A stretch of 64,000 nucleotides of DNA, from assembly GCA_964641155.1 (NCBI GenBank), contig CAZXJO010000001.1:313595-377594 (forward strand). Reading direction: 5' to 3'. The position numbers and the translations under genes were made by a program. This document shows positions 21,384 to 30,633 of the stretch, one piece after another; within the stretch, counting starts at the first letter, position 1; the number at the start of each line of letters is the position of its first letter. The notes beneath the pieces were generated by a model that saw nothing but the letters and a program-made list of their open reading frames with translations, had not been told where the DNA came from and ran no database searches. The DNA comes from an uncultured Desulfurococcaceae archaeon. GTDB lineage: Archaea > Thermoproteota > Thermoprotei_A > Sulfolobales > NBVN01.

Positions 21384-22490
21384 CTAGATAAGTGGGAAAT
21401 CAGATAATTTAATTTCATATCCCCTATCCCTAACAACCACATCCATGCTGTAGCCTAAGTACGCATGTGATGTCTTGACATATCCCATCCCCACACACCT
21501 CTCAGCTGTTGGGGAGTAGCAGCCGCTTGTCACCTCCCCGACAACCTCGCCGCCTGCTAAGATTTTATATCCGTGCCTGGGTATAACCTTAACACCTTTC
21601 TTCAACTTAAAGCCCAGCCTCAACCTCCTAACACCCTTTACATACGCATCCCAAACTTCCCTGCAACCAATGCATTCCTCCTTACCCTTTGTGAGGGCCA
21701 TCCAGTACCTGGCCTCGATGGGGTTTACGTCCTCGCTGATGTCACTCCCATATAACACGTAACCCATCTCAGTCCTCAGAATGTCACGCGCCACCAGACC
21801 GGCTGGCTTAATCCCCATTCTAAGGAGTTCTCTGTAGATTTTAACACCGTTAGGTGTGTCGGACCATATTTCGAATCCGTATGACCTGACTTCCTCACCG
21901 GTCCAGCCACTACGGCTCACTAGAAACGCATCAGCATCACCTACCTTAACCCCTAGAACGAAGTTCAACAACTTCATATAGCTCAGATCCTTAACCCCTA
22001 AGGACTCGAGGAGTTCAAGCGATTTAGGTCCTTGAACAGCTATCAATACCGAGCTATCGGTCAGATCCTCAATCGTTAAGTCGTTGCCTGAGATGCCTAA
22101 ATCCTCTTTGAGGCTCATCATCCACTGGATGTTTTTATCCTTGTTAACTGCGTTGCAAACCATTAACCACTCAATGTCGCTTAACTTGTAGATCATTACG
22201 TCATCCTTGATGCCCCCGGACTTATTGAGTATTAACGCCGGTCCAGACATTTCCCCCGGCTTAAGCGGGCTTAAATCCTTAGTTACCAGTTTCTGGAGGA
22301 ATTCGTAGGACTTAACCCCTTTGATGAGTAACCTACCCATGTGACTTACGTTGAAAACACCTGCCCTAAGTCTGACCTCCTTGCATTCACTGATGGGGTC
22401 TCCGAAGTCGAGGGGTGTTAGCCATCCGGCGAATGAGCCTAAATTGGCGCCGTAAGACCTCTCAACATCTATTAATGGGGAATACTTCAT
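21384..22490 (-). CDS. gcvT: Glycine cleavage system T protein (aminomethyltransferase)
   Basis: FAGW..P, VSHMG, DDVMIY, AVQGPKS, SGWTGE...GFEI, LRTEMGY, VTSG.YSP. Confidence 0.95.
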   Translation of the reverse strand: MKYSPLIDVERSYGANLGSFAGWLTPLDFGDPISECKEVRLRAGVFNVSHMGRLLIKGVKSYEFLQKLVTKDLSPLKPGEMSGPALILNKSGGIKDDVMIYKLSDIEWLMVCNAVNKDKNIQWMMSLKEDLGISGNDLTIEDLTDSSVLIAVQGPKSLELLESLGVKDLSYMKLLNFVLGVKVGDADAFLVSRSGWTGEEVRSYGFEIWSDTPNGVKIYRELLRMGIKPAGLVARDILRTEMGYVLYGSDISEDVNPIEARYWMALTKGKEECIGCREVWDAYVKGVRRLRLGFKLKKGVKVIPRHGYKILAGGEVVGEVTSGCYSPTAERCVGMGYVKTSHAYLGYSMDVVVRDRGYEIKLSDFPLI

Positions 22491-22554
22491 TTAAACCACA
22501 AACGAGTTATTTACTTGAAAATTATTAAGTCCTATTAATCTAATTAGTTAGGAT

Positions 22555-23946
22555 TTGAGGTTGCCTCACCAGTGGATACCTAACTCCTCCCCCGCTATTA
22601 AGAAGTTCTTAATGGACTCCATAGGCATTGCAGACATTTCAGAGTTGTTTAACGATGTTCCCAGAAATTTGTTGCTCAGTAGTGAGTTGAAGGTAGGTTT
22701 AGGGAGACCTTTAAGTGAGCTGGAGGTTAAGCGCTATTTCAAGAGCCTGATCTCTAAGAACAAGGTGTTCAGAGATCCACCGCCATTCACTGGCGGTGGC
22801 GTCTGCGCGCATTACGTTCCGGCAGTAGTTAAGCACATCATTAGTAGAGCTGAGTTCTACACTGCGTACACACCTTACCAGCCGGAGATCTCGCAAGGCA
22901 TCCTTCAGGCGTTGTTCGAGTATCAGAGCATGGTCGCTGAACTATACGGGGTTGACGTGGTTAACGCATCGATGTATAATGGTAGTACGGCAGCCGCTGA
23001 GGCGGTTAGGATGGCTTTAAGAATCAATAGAAGGAGGAAGGTCTTAGTACCGCTTAACGTTAATCCCGAAGTCTATGAGGTTATTAAGACCTGGTCTTTA
23101 GGTATGGGAATAGTCATCGGGAGGGTGGGTTATGAAAGGTCGGAAGGTGGTGTTAGCATTGACGAAGTAGAGGATAAGCTTAAGGGGGGTGATGTGAGTT
23201 CACTCTATGTAGAGACGCCTAACTACTTCGGTTGTATTGAAACCCGTTTAAAGGAGTTAGCGGAGCTGACCCATAAATACGGTGCATTGCTCATAGTTAA
23301 CGCATTACCGGTGTCTTTAGGTGTCTTAGAAGCTCCTGGGAGGTTAGGCGCCGACATAGTTGTGGGGGATGCCCAGTCCTTAGGGTTGGGGATGAATTTC
23401 GGTGGACCGACTGCAGGCATCTTAGGAATTAAGGATGAGAAGTTGGTCAACCAACTGCCTGGCAGATTAGTGGGCGCTACCTTAGATGCCAATGGTAAAC
23501 TGGGCTACACGATGATACTGCAAGCAAGAGAACAGCATATAAGGAGGGAGAGGGCGACATCTAACATCACGACAAACAGCTCTTTAATGGCTATCGCGTC
23601 AGCCGTTTACCTAAGCTTGCTCGGGTCTGAGGGTATTAGGAAGCTCGGGGAGGCCATACTGCTAAGGACGTACTACGCCATTAAGAGGTTCTCAAACGTT
23701 AACGGTGTTGAACTGGCGTTCCCCAAAGGTAAGTACTTCAGGGAAATCACCCTAACCTTCAAGAAGGGTTCCTACAGCGAGTTAAGTCGCAAGTTACTTG
23801 AGGCAGGGATATTGGGCGGTAAGTACATAGGTAGTGAGTTCCCGGAGCTCGGGGAGGCGTGTGTGATGTGCTTCACAGAACTTCACAGTAAGTCCGACAT
23901 AGACATGCTCGTTTCGAACATTGAGGATTTGTTGGGTGGTCGTTGA
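22555..23946 (+). CDS. gcvPA: Glycine dehydrogenase (decarboxylating) subunit 1
   Basis: YTAYTPYQPEISQG.LQALFEYQS, NASMYNG, REQHIRRERATSNITTN; TTG start. Confidence 0.97.
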   Translation: MRLPHQWIPNSSPAIKKFLMDSIGIADISELFNDVPRNLLLSSELKVGLGRPLSELEVKRYFKSLISKNKVFRDPPPFTGGGVCAHYVPAVVKHIISRAEFYTAYTPYQPEISQGILQALFEYQSMVAELYGVDVVNASMYNGSTAAAEAVRMALRINRRRKVLVPLNVNPEVYEVIKTWSLGMGIVIGRVGYERSEGGVSIDEVEDKLKGGDVSSLYVETPNYFGCIETRLKELAELTHKYGALLIVNALPVSLGVLEAPGRLGADIVVGDAQSLGLGMNFGGPTAGILGIKDEKLVNQLPGRLVGATLDANGKLGYTMILQAREQHIRRERATSNITTNSSLMAIASAVYLSLLGSEGIRKLGEAILLRTYYAIKRFSNVNGVELAFPKGKYFREITLTFKKGSYSELSRKLLEAGILGGKYIGSEFPELGEACVMCFTELHSKSDIDMLVSNIEDLLGGR

Positions 23947-25475
23947 TGTGGAGGCAAGCTTGTTGGGATGAGGAGCTTTTGCTCAAGTTAGGCTGGTACG
24001 GAAAGCCAACGTTCTATTTCGGGGATGTTGATGAGTTCCTCAAGGAAGTCGGGGATGTGAGGAACTTACTACCTGAGAACGTTGTGAGGTCCGAACCGCC
24101 TCAAATCCCGAACATATCCGAAGTCGAGGTTGTGAGGCATTTCGCCAGGCTGAGTCAGATGAGTTATGGTGTGGATCTGGGGCCTGTACCCTTGGGTTCC
24201 TGCACCATGAAGTACAATCCTAAGATATGTGAGGAATTGGCAGGTGACGAACACGTAGTTGACCTACATCCGTATCAACCCGAGGACACTGTTCAAGGCA
24301 TTCTAGCGGTCATGTACTCGTTGCAGAACTGGTTGGCAGAACTTACAGGTATGGATGAGTGCTGCCCTCAACCACCAGCAGGTGCCTCGGGTGAGTTGAC
24401 GGGGGCACTAATGATTAGGAAGTACCACAACGATAGGGGTGAGGCCTTTAGGGATGAGATGATAATACCAGACAACGCCCACGGGAGCAACCCGGCAAGC
24501 GCTGCAATGGCTGGATTCAAAGTTGTTAGAATACCGACCTCAGATTCCGGTGAGGTAGACGTTAATGCACTTAAAAGTGTTCTAAGCAGCAGAACTGCTG
24601 GCATAATGCTAACTAACCCCAACACCTTAGGGATATTCGAGAGCAGGATAACTGAGATAGCTGATATGGTACACGGGGCGGGGGGCCTCCTATACTACGA
24701 TGGCGCGAACTTAAACGGTATATTAGGTGTTGTGAGGCCTGGTGATATGGGTTTCGACATAGTCCACCTCAACGTACATAAGACCTTTGGAGCACCACAT
24801 GGTGGTGGAGGGCCTGGTGCCGGAGTGGTGTGTGCTAAGGGAGAGTTAGTTGATTACCTGCCGGTACCCACTGTAGGATTTGATGGTGTTAGGTACTTCC
24901 TTAACTACAGTAGGAGAAGAAGTATTGGTAGGGTCTCCCAGTTCTACGGCAACGTGATCCCTCTGGTTAAGGCATATCTCTACATACTGACTTTAGGTCC
25001 TAACATAAGGGAGGTTAGCGAAGTTGCGGTGCTGAACACTAATTACTTCATCAAGTTGATTGAGGGTGTGAAGGGGGTCTCAATACCCTACGGTAGGAAT
25101 AGGTTTAGGAAGCATGAAGTTGTGATAAGCTTTGAGAACCTACTTAAGGATACCGGGGTTAGTGCTGAGGATGTAGCTAAGGCATTGATAGATAAGGGAG
25201 TTCACGCACCCACAATATACTTCCCACTCATCGTTAACGAGGCGCATATGGTTGAATTCACTGAAAGTGAGACTAAGGAAAACATAGAGGCGTACGCAGA
25301 GTTATATAAGAGGATAGTTGAGGAGGCGTATAATGACTCGGCAAAGTTGAAGGAGTACCCGAAGAATACATCGGTCAGCAGGCTGAATTTAGGATTGGCG
25401 AACCACCCATTGACTAGGTCTCCGACGTCTAAGTTCTTAAGTAGGTTGGGTAGGGATGTTAAACTTGGTGATTAA
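23943..25475 (+). CDS. gcvPB: Glycine dehydrogenase (decarboxylating) subunit 2
   Basis: PLGSCTMKYNP, AHGSNPASA, DGANLN, PLP lysine HLNVHKTF, PHGGGGPG. Confidence 0.97.
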   Translation: MMWRQACWDEELLLKLGWYGKPTFYFGDVDEFLKEVGDVRNLLPENVVRSEPPQIPNISEVEVVRHFARLSQMSYGVDLGPVPLGSCTMKYNPKICEELAGDEHVVDLHPYQPEDTVQGILAVMYSLQNWLAELTGMDECCPQPPAGASGELTGALMIRKYHNDRGEAFRDEMIIPDNAHGSNPASAAMAGFKVVRIPTSDSGEVDVNALKSVLSSRTAGIMLTNPNTLGIFESRITEIADMVHGAGGLLYYDGANLNGILGVVRPGDMGFDIVHLNVHKTFGAPHGGGGPGAGVVCAKGELVDYLPVPTVGFDGVRYFLNYSRRRSIGRVSQFYGNVIPLVKAYLYILTLGPNIREVSEVAVLNTNYFIKLIEGVKGVSIPYGRNRFRKHEVVISFENLLKDTGVSAEDVAKALIDKGVHAPTIYFPLIVNEAHMVEFTESETKENIEAYAELYKRIVEEAYNDSAKLKEYPKNTSVSRLNLGLANHPLTRSPTSKFLSRLGRDVKLGD

Positions 25476-26596
25476 GTGAAGTTCTGAACCCTCATCACTA
25501 CCTCCTCGTTCCAGCCCACTATAACCCTGATGTAACCCTCAAGCTTCCTGTCAAGCTCTGCGTCCCCTGTATCGATCCTCAAGGACTTCAATCCAAGGAC
25601 CTTTTCACGGGTTGCTATTACGATGATGTTTGACCATCCTACAGCCCTGAGCACGGAGGGTGATATCTGCTGATTACCCCTACCAAGTATGAAGCCTTGC
25701 CTACCTATAGGTGTCAGCAGTATCTTGGCCTTCCCATAAACCTTCAACAACTTCAGTATTTCCTCTTCATTCAAGTCCTTACCGACTAATCTACCGTTAA
25801 AGAAGGCGTCAACACCTAACAACGTCTTATTAACACCTAACCTATCCGCTACTGCTTTAATGGTCGAGCCGGGACCTAATAAGTATAGGGTATCTGGCTC
25901 GATGATGTTTTCGACCACGTATTCGGCTACTTCATCCTTATCCGCCTCCGAACTACTGCTGAAGTCCTTAGAAGGTACTAACAATCCCTTACACTGCGGC
26001 ACCTTAGCGATACCGTAAACTCTGGTTCTAATGACGTCATCTTTCAATGACGCTTCATCAACATCCGCTATCTCACCTAACTCTATTTGGGCATCTCCTC
26101 CGATGAATGAGGCCACGATCTCTGCAGCGGCTTCGGGGCTTGAGGCGAACACCCCAGAATACATCTTAACGCCTGAAGGTACGCCCAGTATGGGGAGTGA
26201 AGTGTTAACGACGTCGAATACGTCCCTAGCTGTGCCGTCACCGCCCACAAAAACTATTAAACCTACGCGCTCTCTAATCATCAGCTCACACGAACGTATC
26301 GTGTCCGCCCTGGAAGTTGTCTCACCGATATTGAGATCCAACACCTTAGCACGTTTGAAGAACTCCCTAACGTAATCCCAGCCCATACCTTTAGGGGGGA
26401 CTACAAGCGTTAAATCATCTGCATACTCCCTCAGCTTCCTAAGGAATCTAAGGGCTCTGTGAGGGGCTACGGGCTTACTCCCCCTCCTTATAGCCTCCAC
26501 GTATAGGTCCCCATCAGTCCCCTTCAACCCGACGCTACCTCCCATACCGGCTATGGGGTTCACTAAGAAGCCCACAGCGACATTACTTTCGCTCAA
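25472..26596 (-). CDS. ATP-NAD/AcoX kinase-family protein
   Basis: NPIAGMGG.VGLKGTD, GGDGTARD, SGVKMYSGVF, GRGNQQISP. The TTG at 26596 is a more plausible start than 26692. Confidence 0.85.
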   Translation of the reverse strand: MSESNVAVGFLVNPIAGMGGSVGLKGTDGDLYVEAIRRGSKPVAPHRALRFLRKLREYADDLTLVVPPKGMGWDYVREFFKRAKVLDLNIGETTSRADTIRSCELMIRERVGLIVFVGGDGTARDVFDVVNTSLPILGVPSGVKMYSGVFASSPEAAAEIVASFIGGDAQIELGEIADVDEASLKDDVIRTRVYGIAKVPQCKGLLVPSKDFSSSSEADKDEVAEYVVENIIEPDTLYLLGPGSTIKAVADRLGVNKTLLGVDAFFNGRLVGKDLNEEEILKLLKVYGKAKILLTPIGRQGFILGRGNQQISPSVLRAVGWSNIIVIATREKVLGLKSLRIDTGDAELDRKLEGYIRVIVGWNEEVVMRVQNFT

Positions 26597-26671
26597 CCCA
26601 CACACCCACAGGTATAATACTACAGCTACGTTATTAAGGAGTCTTAGTCGAGTGCCACCTCGGTGGTTCCC

Positions 26672-27313
26672 ATGCGATGCACTTACTGCCACTCAACGAA
26701 CGTTGTGTGGGACTATGAGAGGGGGTGTGTAGTGTGTGGCGACTGCGGAACCGTGATAGACGTGATATACCAGTTCCACACACCTTTTAACCAGCGAGGA
26801 AACCATGAATTTAGGTCTTCGAAGAAGGTTAGACAGAACCCGTCACTCAACAAGCACACAAGGATGTACTTAAAGCTTGTTAGGAAGGCTTCCGAGCACG
26901 GCCTGGTAGTAGATAACGACGTTTTTAAGAGGTATTCCTCAGGTCACTCACAGTTGGTGAAGGTGTTTAAGAAGCCTAACGTGGACCTCAACAGGTTAAC
27001 CTCAGGTGAGCACGTGAAGCTGGTCTTGGACGTGATGAGAAAGTATCCTAGACTGGTGTCAAGGACTGATAGAGCTAAGGTGGCTCTGGCTAAGATTGCA
27101 TTGAGCATGCTTTCAGAGGACGGTCTAGATGTTAGGAAGCTGAGCAGTGAGTTAAGCATTAGTGAGGTACATCTGCGTAGGTTGCAGAAGATCGTGCTGG
27201 AAGAGTTCGAGTTCCTAGACGACGTTAGGACCTCGCTCCTCAACAACGCCAAAGAAGTGCACCGCCTGACCCCCTCACCCCTTAGGAGTGAGGCCTCCAG
27301 CTGTAATACCTAA
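26672..27313 (+). CDS. TFIIB-type zinc-ribbon protein with an unrelated helical C-terminus
   Basis: CTYC...VVWDYERGCVVCGDCGTVI ribbon; no recognisable B-reader or cyclin-repeat motifs; C-terminal HTH-like segment. Confidence 0.75.
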   Translation: MRCTYCHSTNVVWDYERGCVVCGDCGTVIDVIYQFHTPFNQRGNHEFRSSKKVRQNPSLNKHTRMYLKLVRKASEHGLVVDNDVFKRYSSGHSQLVKVFKKPNVDLNRLTSGEHVKLVLDVMRKYPRLVSRTDRAKVALAKIALSMLSEDGLDVRKLSSELSISEVHLRRLQKIVLEEFEFLDDVRTSLLNNAKEVHRLTPSPLRSEASSCNT

Positions 27314-27444
27314 CGTAAAAGGTGTAAGATGTTTCGGGTGTTGAACGATTTTGTATCATAGATGCTGAGTCAGGGTTTCGATATCCGTTAAGCTTATAAA
27401 CTAGCTTTCTCACAATGCATTGATTAGGAGGATATAATAGAAAG

Positions 27445-27861
27445 ATGGCTCAAACCCAGATCGTAGGGGTAAGTGATCACGTATTAAACCCAGAGGGAAT
27501 TGTCGGTAAGCACATATTTGCAAACCTCTACGACTTAGACCCAAGCCCTATCGGGGACGAAGAATTCCTCAGGAACTTGGTCAGGGAGGCTGCACGTCTA
27601 GCCAACATGACATTAGTTGAGTTGAAGTCATGGAAGGTTGAAGGCATTAAAGGAGGGGTCTCGGTGCTGGCACTAATTACCGAATCCCACATAGCGCTAC
27701 ATACGTGGGTCGAGTACAGGTACGCCACATTAGATATTTATACATGCGGCGAGAGGAGCGATCCTTGGACCGCGTTCGAATATGTAATTTCTGCGTTGAA
27801 ACCTAAAACATTTAAAGTCAACTATTCGGATAGGTCATCAATCCCACCGAGGCAGTTCTAA
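27445..27861 (+). CDS. Pyruvoyl-dependent decarboxylase proenzyme (AdoMetDC family; likely the crenarchaeal arginine decarboxylase paralog)
   Basis: E-SH self-cleavage motif, [22 protein letters not shown]-terminus. Confidence 0.9.
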   Translation: MAQTQIVGVSDHVLNPEGIVGKHIFANLYDLDPSPIGDEEFLRNLVREAARLANMTLVELKSWKVEGIKGGVSVLALITESHIALHTWVEYRYATLDIYTCGERSDPWTAFEYVISALKPKTFKVNYSDRSSIPPRQF

Positions 27862-28002
27862 ACAATAAACACGTTTTTCCCTCAATAGCATGAGCTTAAG
27901 CATTTTCGGCACAGGGCGCTTTTGACAAGTCATGTCTGAAGCTGAGCCATCGATTACTTCGTGACATCTGACCACTTTGCTACTGAGCAATTAAGCCGGA
28001 AG

Positions 28003-28106
28003 TGGAGCCGCCGCCGGGATTTGAACCCGGGACCTCCGCCTTACCAGGGCGGCGCCTAGTGTTTCGGCGTGGTACGCCGAAAGTCCACCCGCTGAGCTAC
28101 GGCGGC
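28003..28106 (-). tRNA. tRNA-Thr(GGT) with a 28-nt non-canonical intron in the D stem (28056-28083); CCA encoded
   Basis: Removing CTTTCGGCGTACCACGCCGAAACACTAG restores GCTC/GAGC and CCGCC-CTGGTAA-GGCGG. The junctions form a bulge-helix-bulge. Confidence 0.95.
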
Positions 28107-28304
28107 TCCACACACCTTACAATACGAGGTAAACTATATATGTTTTTATTTTGATATATACCGATGGCCATGACCCAACTCCTAACTCAAGCCTGCGGTT
28201 CTTCCTGAGGGCTTGTCGAAGGTGCTCAACATCAAAAAGGTGGGGGTTTCTATAAAGAAGAAAAACATTATGTGTTTGTTTAATCCTTTGGCTCTTCCTT
28301 TCGA

Positions 28305-29069
28305 CTACTTAAGGACTCCTAAAGCCTTAAACGCGTCAGTGTATCCTCTTATCATGTAGGCTATGTCATGTCTTAAGGCTATAAAGTTAAATCCTTTCTT
28401 AACCTTATCTAAAGCGTCCTGCGGGTCCGAGGTCATTATGCCGGCTATCTTACCAGCGGCTTTAGCGGCGTTTAAGATCTTACCCACTGCAGCTATGTAT
28501 CTTGGGTTGTTGAACTCCTGGAATATCCCCAGCGATGCTGAAAGGTCGTTAGGACCTATGAATACGCCGTCAATTCCGTCAACCGCGACTATTTCCTCAA
28601 TTTTGTTGAGTCCTTCCTCCGTCTCTATCTGAACTATTACCAGGATGTCCTCGTTGGCTTTCTTGAAGTATTCTTTAGCGCTCTGGAAGCCGTACATGAT
28701 GCACCTTCTAGGTCCCACACCTCTAATACCTTGCGGGGGATATTTACATGCCTTAACTGCTTGTATTGCTTCTTCTTTATTGCTTACTTGGGGTACTACA
28801 ATCCCTTGCGCGCCGGTGTCCAAAACCCTCTTAATTATTACGAAGTCATTCCACGGGACCCTAACGAGTGGTACAACGTTCGTGAATCTTAAGGGCATCA
28901 TTAAGAATTCCACGTCCTTAACATCTAATGGTGTGTGTTCCATATCTATGACGAACCAGTCAAATGGTAAGTTGGATAAGGCCTCAGTAACTTCCGGGTA
29001 TCCCAAGGTGATCCAGGTGCCGTAGGTTACCTCACCCTTAGATACTTTCTCCTTAACCCTGTTAACCAT
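28305..29069 (-). CDS. HpcH/HpaI-family class II aldolase
   Basis: DWFVIDMEH, LVRVP, KRVLD.GAQG, YPPQGIRG, VQIET, FIGPNDLS. Confidence 0.92.
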   Translation of the reverse strand: MVNRVKEKVSKGEVTYGTWITLGYPEVTEALSNLPFDWFVIDMEHTPLDVKDVEFLMMPLRFTNVVPLVRVPWNDFVIIKRVLDTGAQGIVVPQVSNKEEAIQAVKACKYPPQGIRGVGPRRCIMYGFQSAKEYFKKANEDILVIVQIETEEGLNKIEEIVAVDGIDGVFIGPNDLSASLGIFQEFNNPRYIAAVGKILNAAKAAGKIAGIMTSDPQDALDKVKKGFNFIALRHDIAYMIRGYTDAFKALGVLK

Positions 29070-29531
29070 TGAATCACCACACTAATCTAACTCCGAAAAA
29101 TAAAAAGTTAACATGGAACGTCGGTAGTTCATCGTGGCTGACCGACCGAACCAGCCTTGAGGTTCGCCGTTCGCGGAGTTTTTACCGCTCACTTCGATAG
29201 GGATGGTTCGAGGGCTCCAGAATCGGTAGGTGTAGTAAGGGAGGGGAGCTGTGGCATAGGGACGTTGTTGCATGTTGGAACCTGTTTTTCAGAGCTCTGG
29301 GAGGTGATGGGAGCAACGCTCCAAGCCCCTCAGAGCTAGGCGTAGATGTGTCCCGCATGCCGTTCGGGGTGAACGCCGCCCATGACCCCACAGAGGTACC
29401 GAAAACCCTGTGGACGAGGTGGAAGTCCCTAGATGCAATAAACAAACATGAACACATATCAACGAGCATCTAGGGACAAACGTTGGTGAAGCTAACGATG
29501 GAGGAGGACTACGTAAAAATGACGGGAGGTA

Positions 29532-30449
29532 CTATGAATCCCGAGCACGACGAATCTCTGCATAGATCATGGCAATTACTTCGTTGATTATTTTAGCAGC
29601 TACTGCGGAGGATGTCGTCGATGGGTCATAATGTGGGGAAAGTTCTACCACGTCAAAAGCTATGAACCTCTCATCAACTACCGCCTGGAGGATGTCGAGC
29701 AGCTCGGTGGGTGAGATCCCCTCAGGCTCAGGTGTTGTAACGCCTGGAGCGTAAGCCGGGTCGAGGACATCTAGATCAACGCTCAGGTACACCTTAGAGC
29801 AATCCTCTAGCGATTTAGCTATGTTCCTACTAATTTCTCTGAAGCCTAGGTTCTTAATGTGTGCTGAGGTAAAGTACCTGATACCCAAGGACTTCAGGTC
29901 CTTATATTCCTCGTACGAAATCGCTCTAACGCCGACTAAGCTGACCTTATTGCCTCCCAACAATTCATATATCCTCCTATTCACACATGCATGACTGGTC
30001 TTACTCCCCAAATACTCGTACCTGAAGTCGCTATGTGAATCGAAGCAGAGGTAACATAAATCACTTCCCAAAGCTTTTACCACCCCCTTCACAACGCCTA
30101 GAGTTGAAGTATGCTCACCGCCTATAGCCACTGTCCTTAACCCGTCGCCGATCAATTCTGAGAAAACGTTCTCGATGATGTTCAGAGCCCTGGGCACGTC
30201 CCCATGAGGCATTACCACGTCGCCCAAGTCCGCTATAGGGATGTCCTCAACGTTTACCAACGATCTGAGTGAGAATAACTCCAGTGACTGGGAAACCAGT
30301 CTGACATGTAGTGGGGCAAACCTACATCCAGGCCTGAAGCTTGATGTGGAGTCTAAGGGAACCCCAACTACTGCGAAGAGGGGCTTATCAGCCTTCGAGC
30401 TAATCCCGTTAAATACGTAGGGGGTTTTAGCTATGTAGAGTTCCTTCAT
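29532..30449 (-). CDS. speB: Agmatinase (ureohydrolase family)
   Basis: GCRFAP, GGEHT, DSHSD, SVDLDVLDP.YAPGV.TPEP.G. Confidence 0.92.
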   Translation of the reverse strand: MKELYIAKTPYVFNGISSKADKPLFAVVGVPLDSTSSFRPGCRFAPLHVRLVSQSLELFSLRSLVNVEDIPIADLGDVVMPHGDVPRALNIIENVFSELIGDGLRTVAIGGEHTSTLGVVKGVVKALGSDLCYLCFDSHSDFRYEYLGSKTSHACVNRRIYELLGGNKVSLVGVRAISYEEYKDLKSLGIRYFTSAHIKNLGFREISRNIAKSLEDCSKVYLSVDLDVLDPAYAPGVTTPEPEGISPTELLDILQAVVDERFIAFDVVELSPHYDPSTTSSAVAAKIINEVIAMIYAEIRRARDS

Positions 30450-30633
30450 TCGAACCCGACCTCATGGTGGACGGTGTTCTCGAGTGCCAAACCATTCACC
30501 AACTAATGAGAGGCTGTTCACTCACTAAATATTTTGCTATTACTGTCCCTCATCCCAAACCTTAAGGTGAGGACTCCGGTGAGGCATTGGATTCTGTTTA
30601 TAAGGGATTCAACCCTATTTACTTATATGGTCT

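Noticed and set aside
28001-28111. 12-bp inverted repeat flanking tRNA-Thr(GGT)
   Set aside because: It is the acceptor stem extended by leader/CCA pairing, not a mobile-element terminal repeat.
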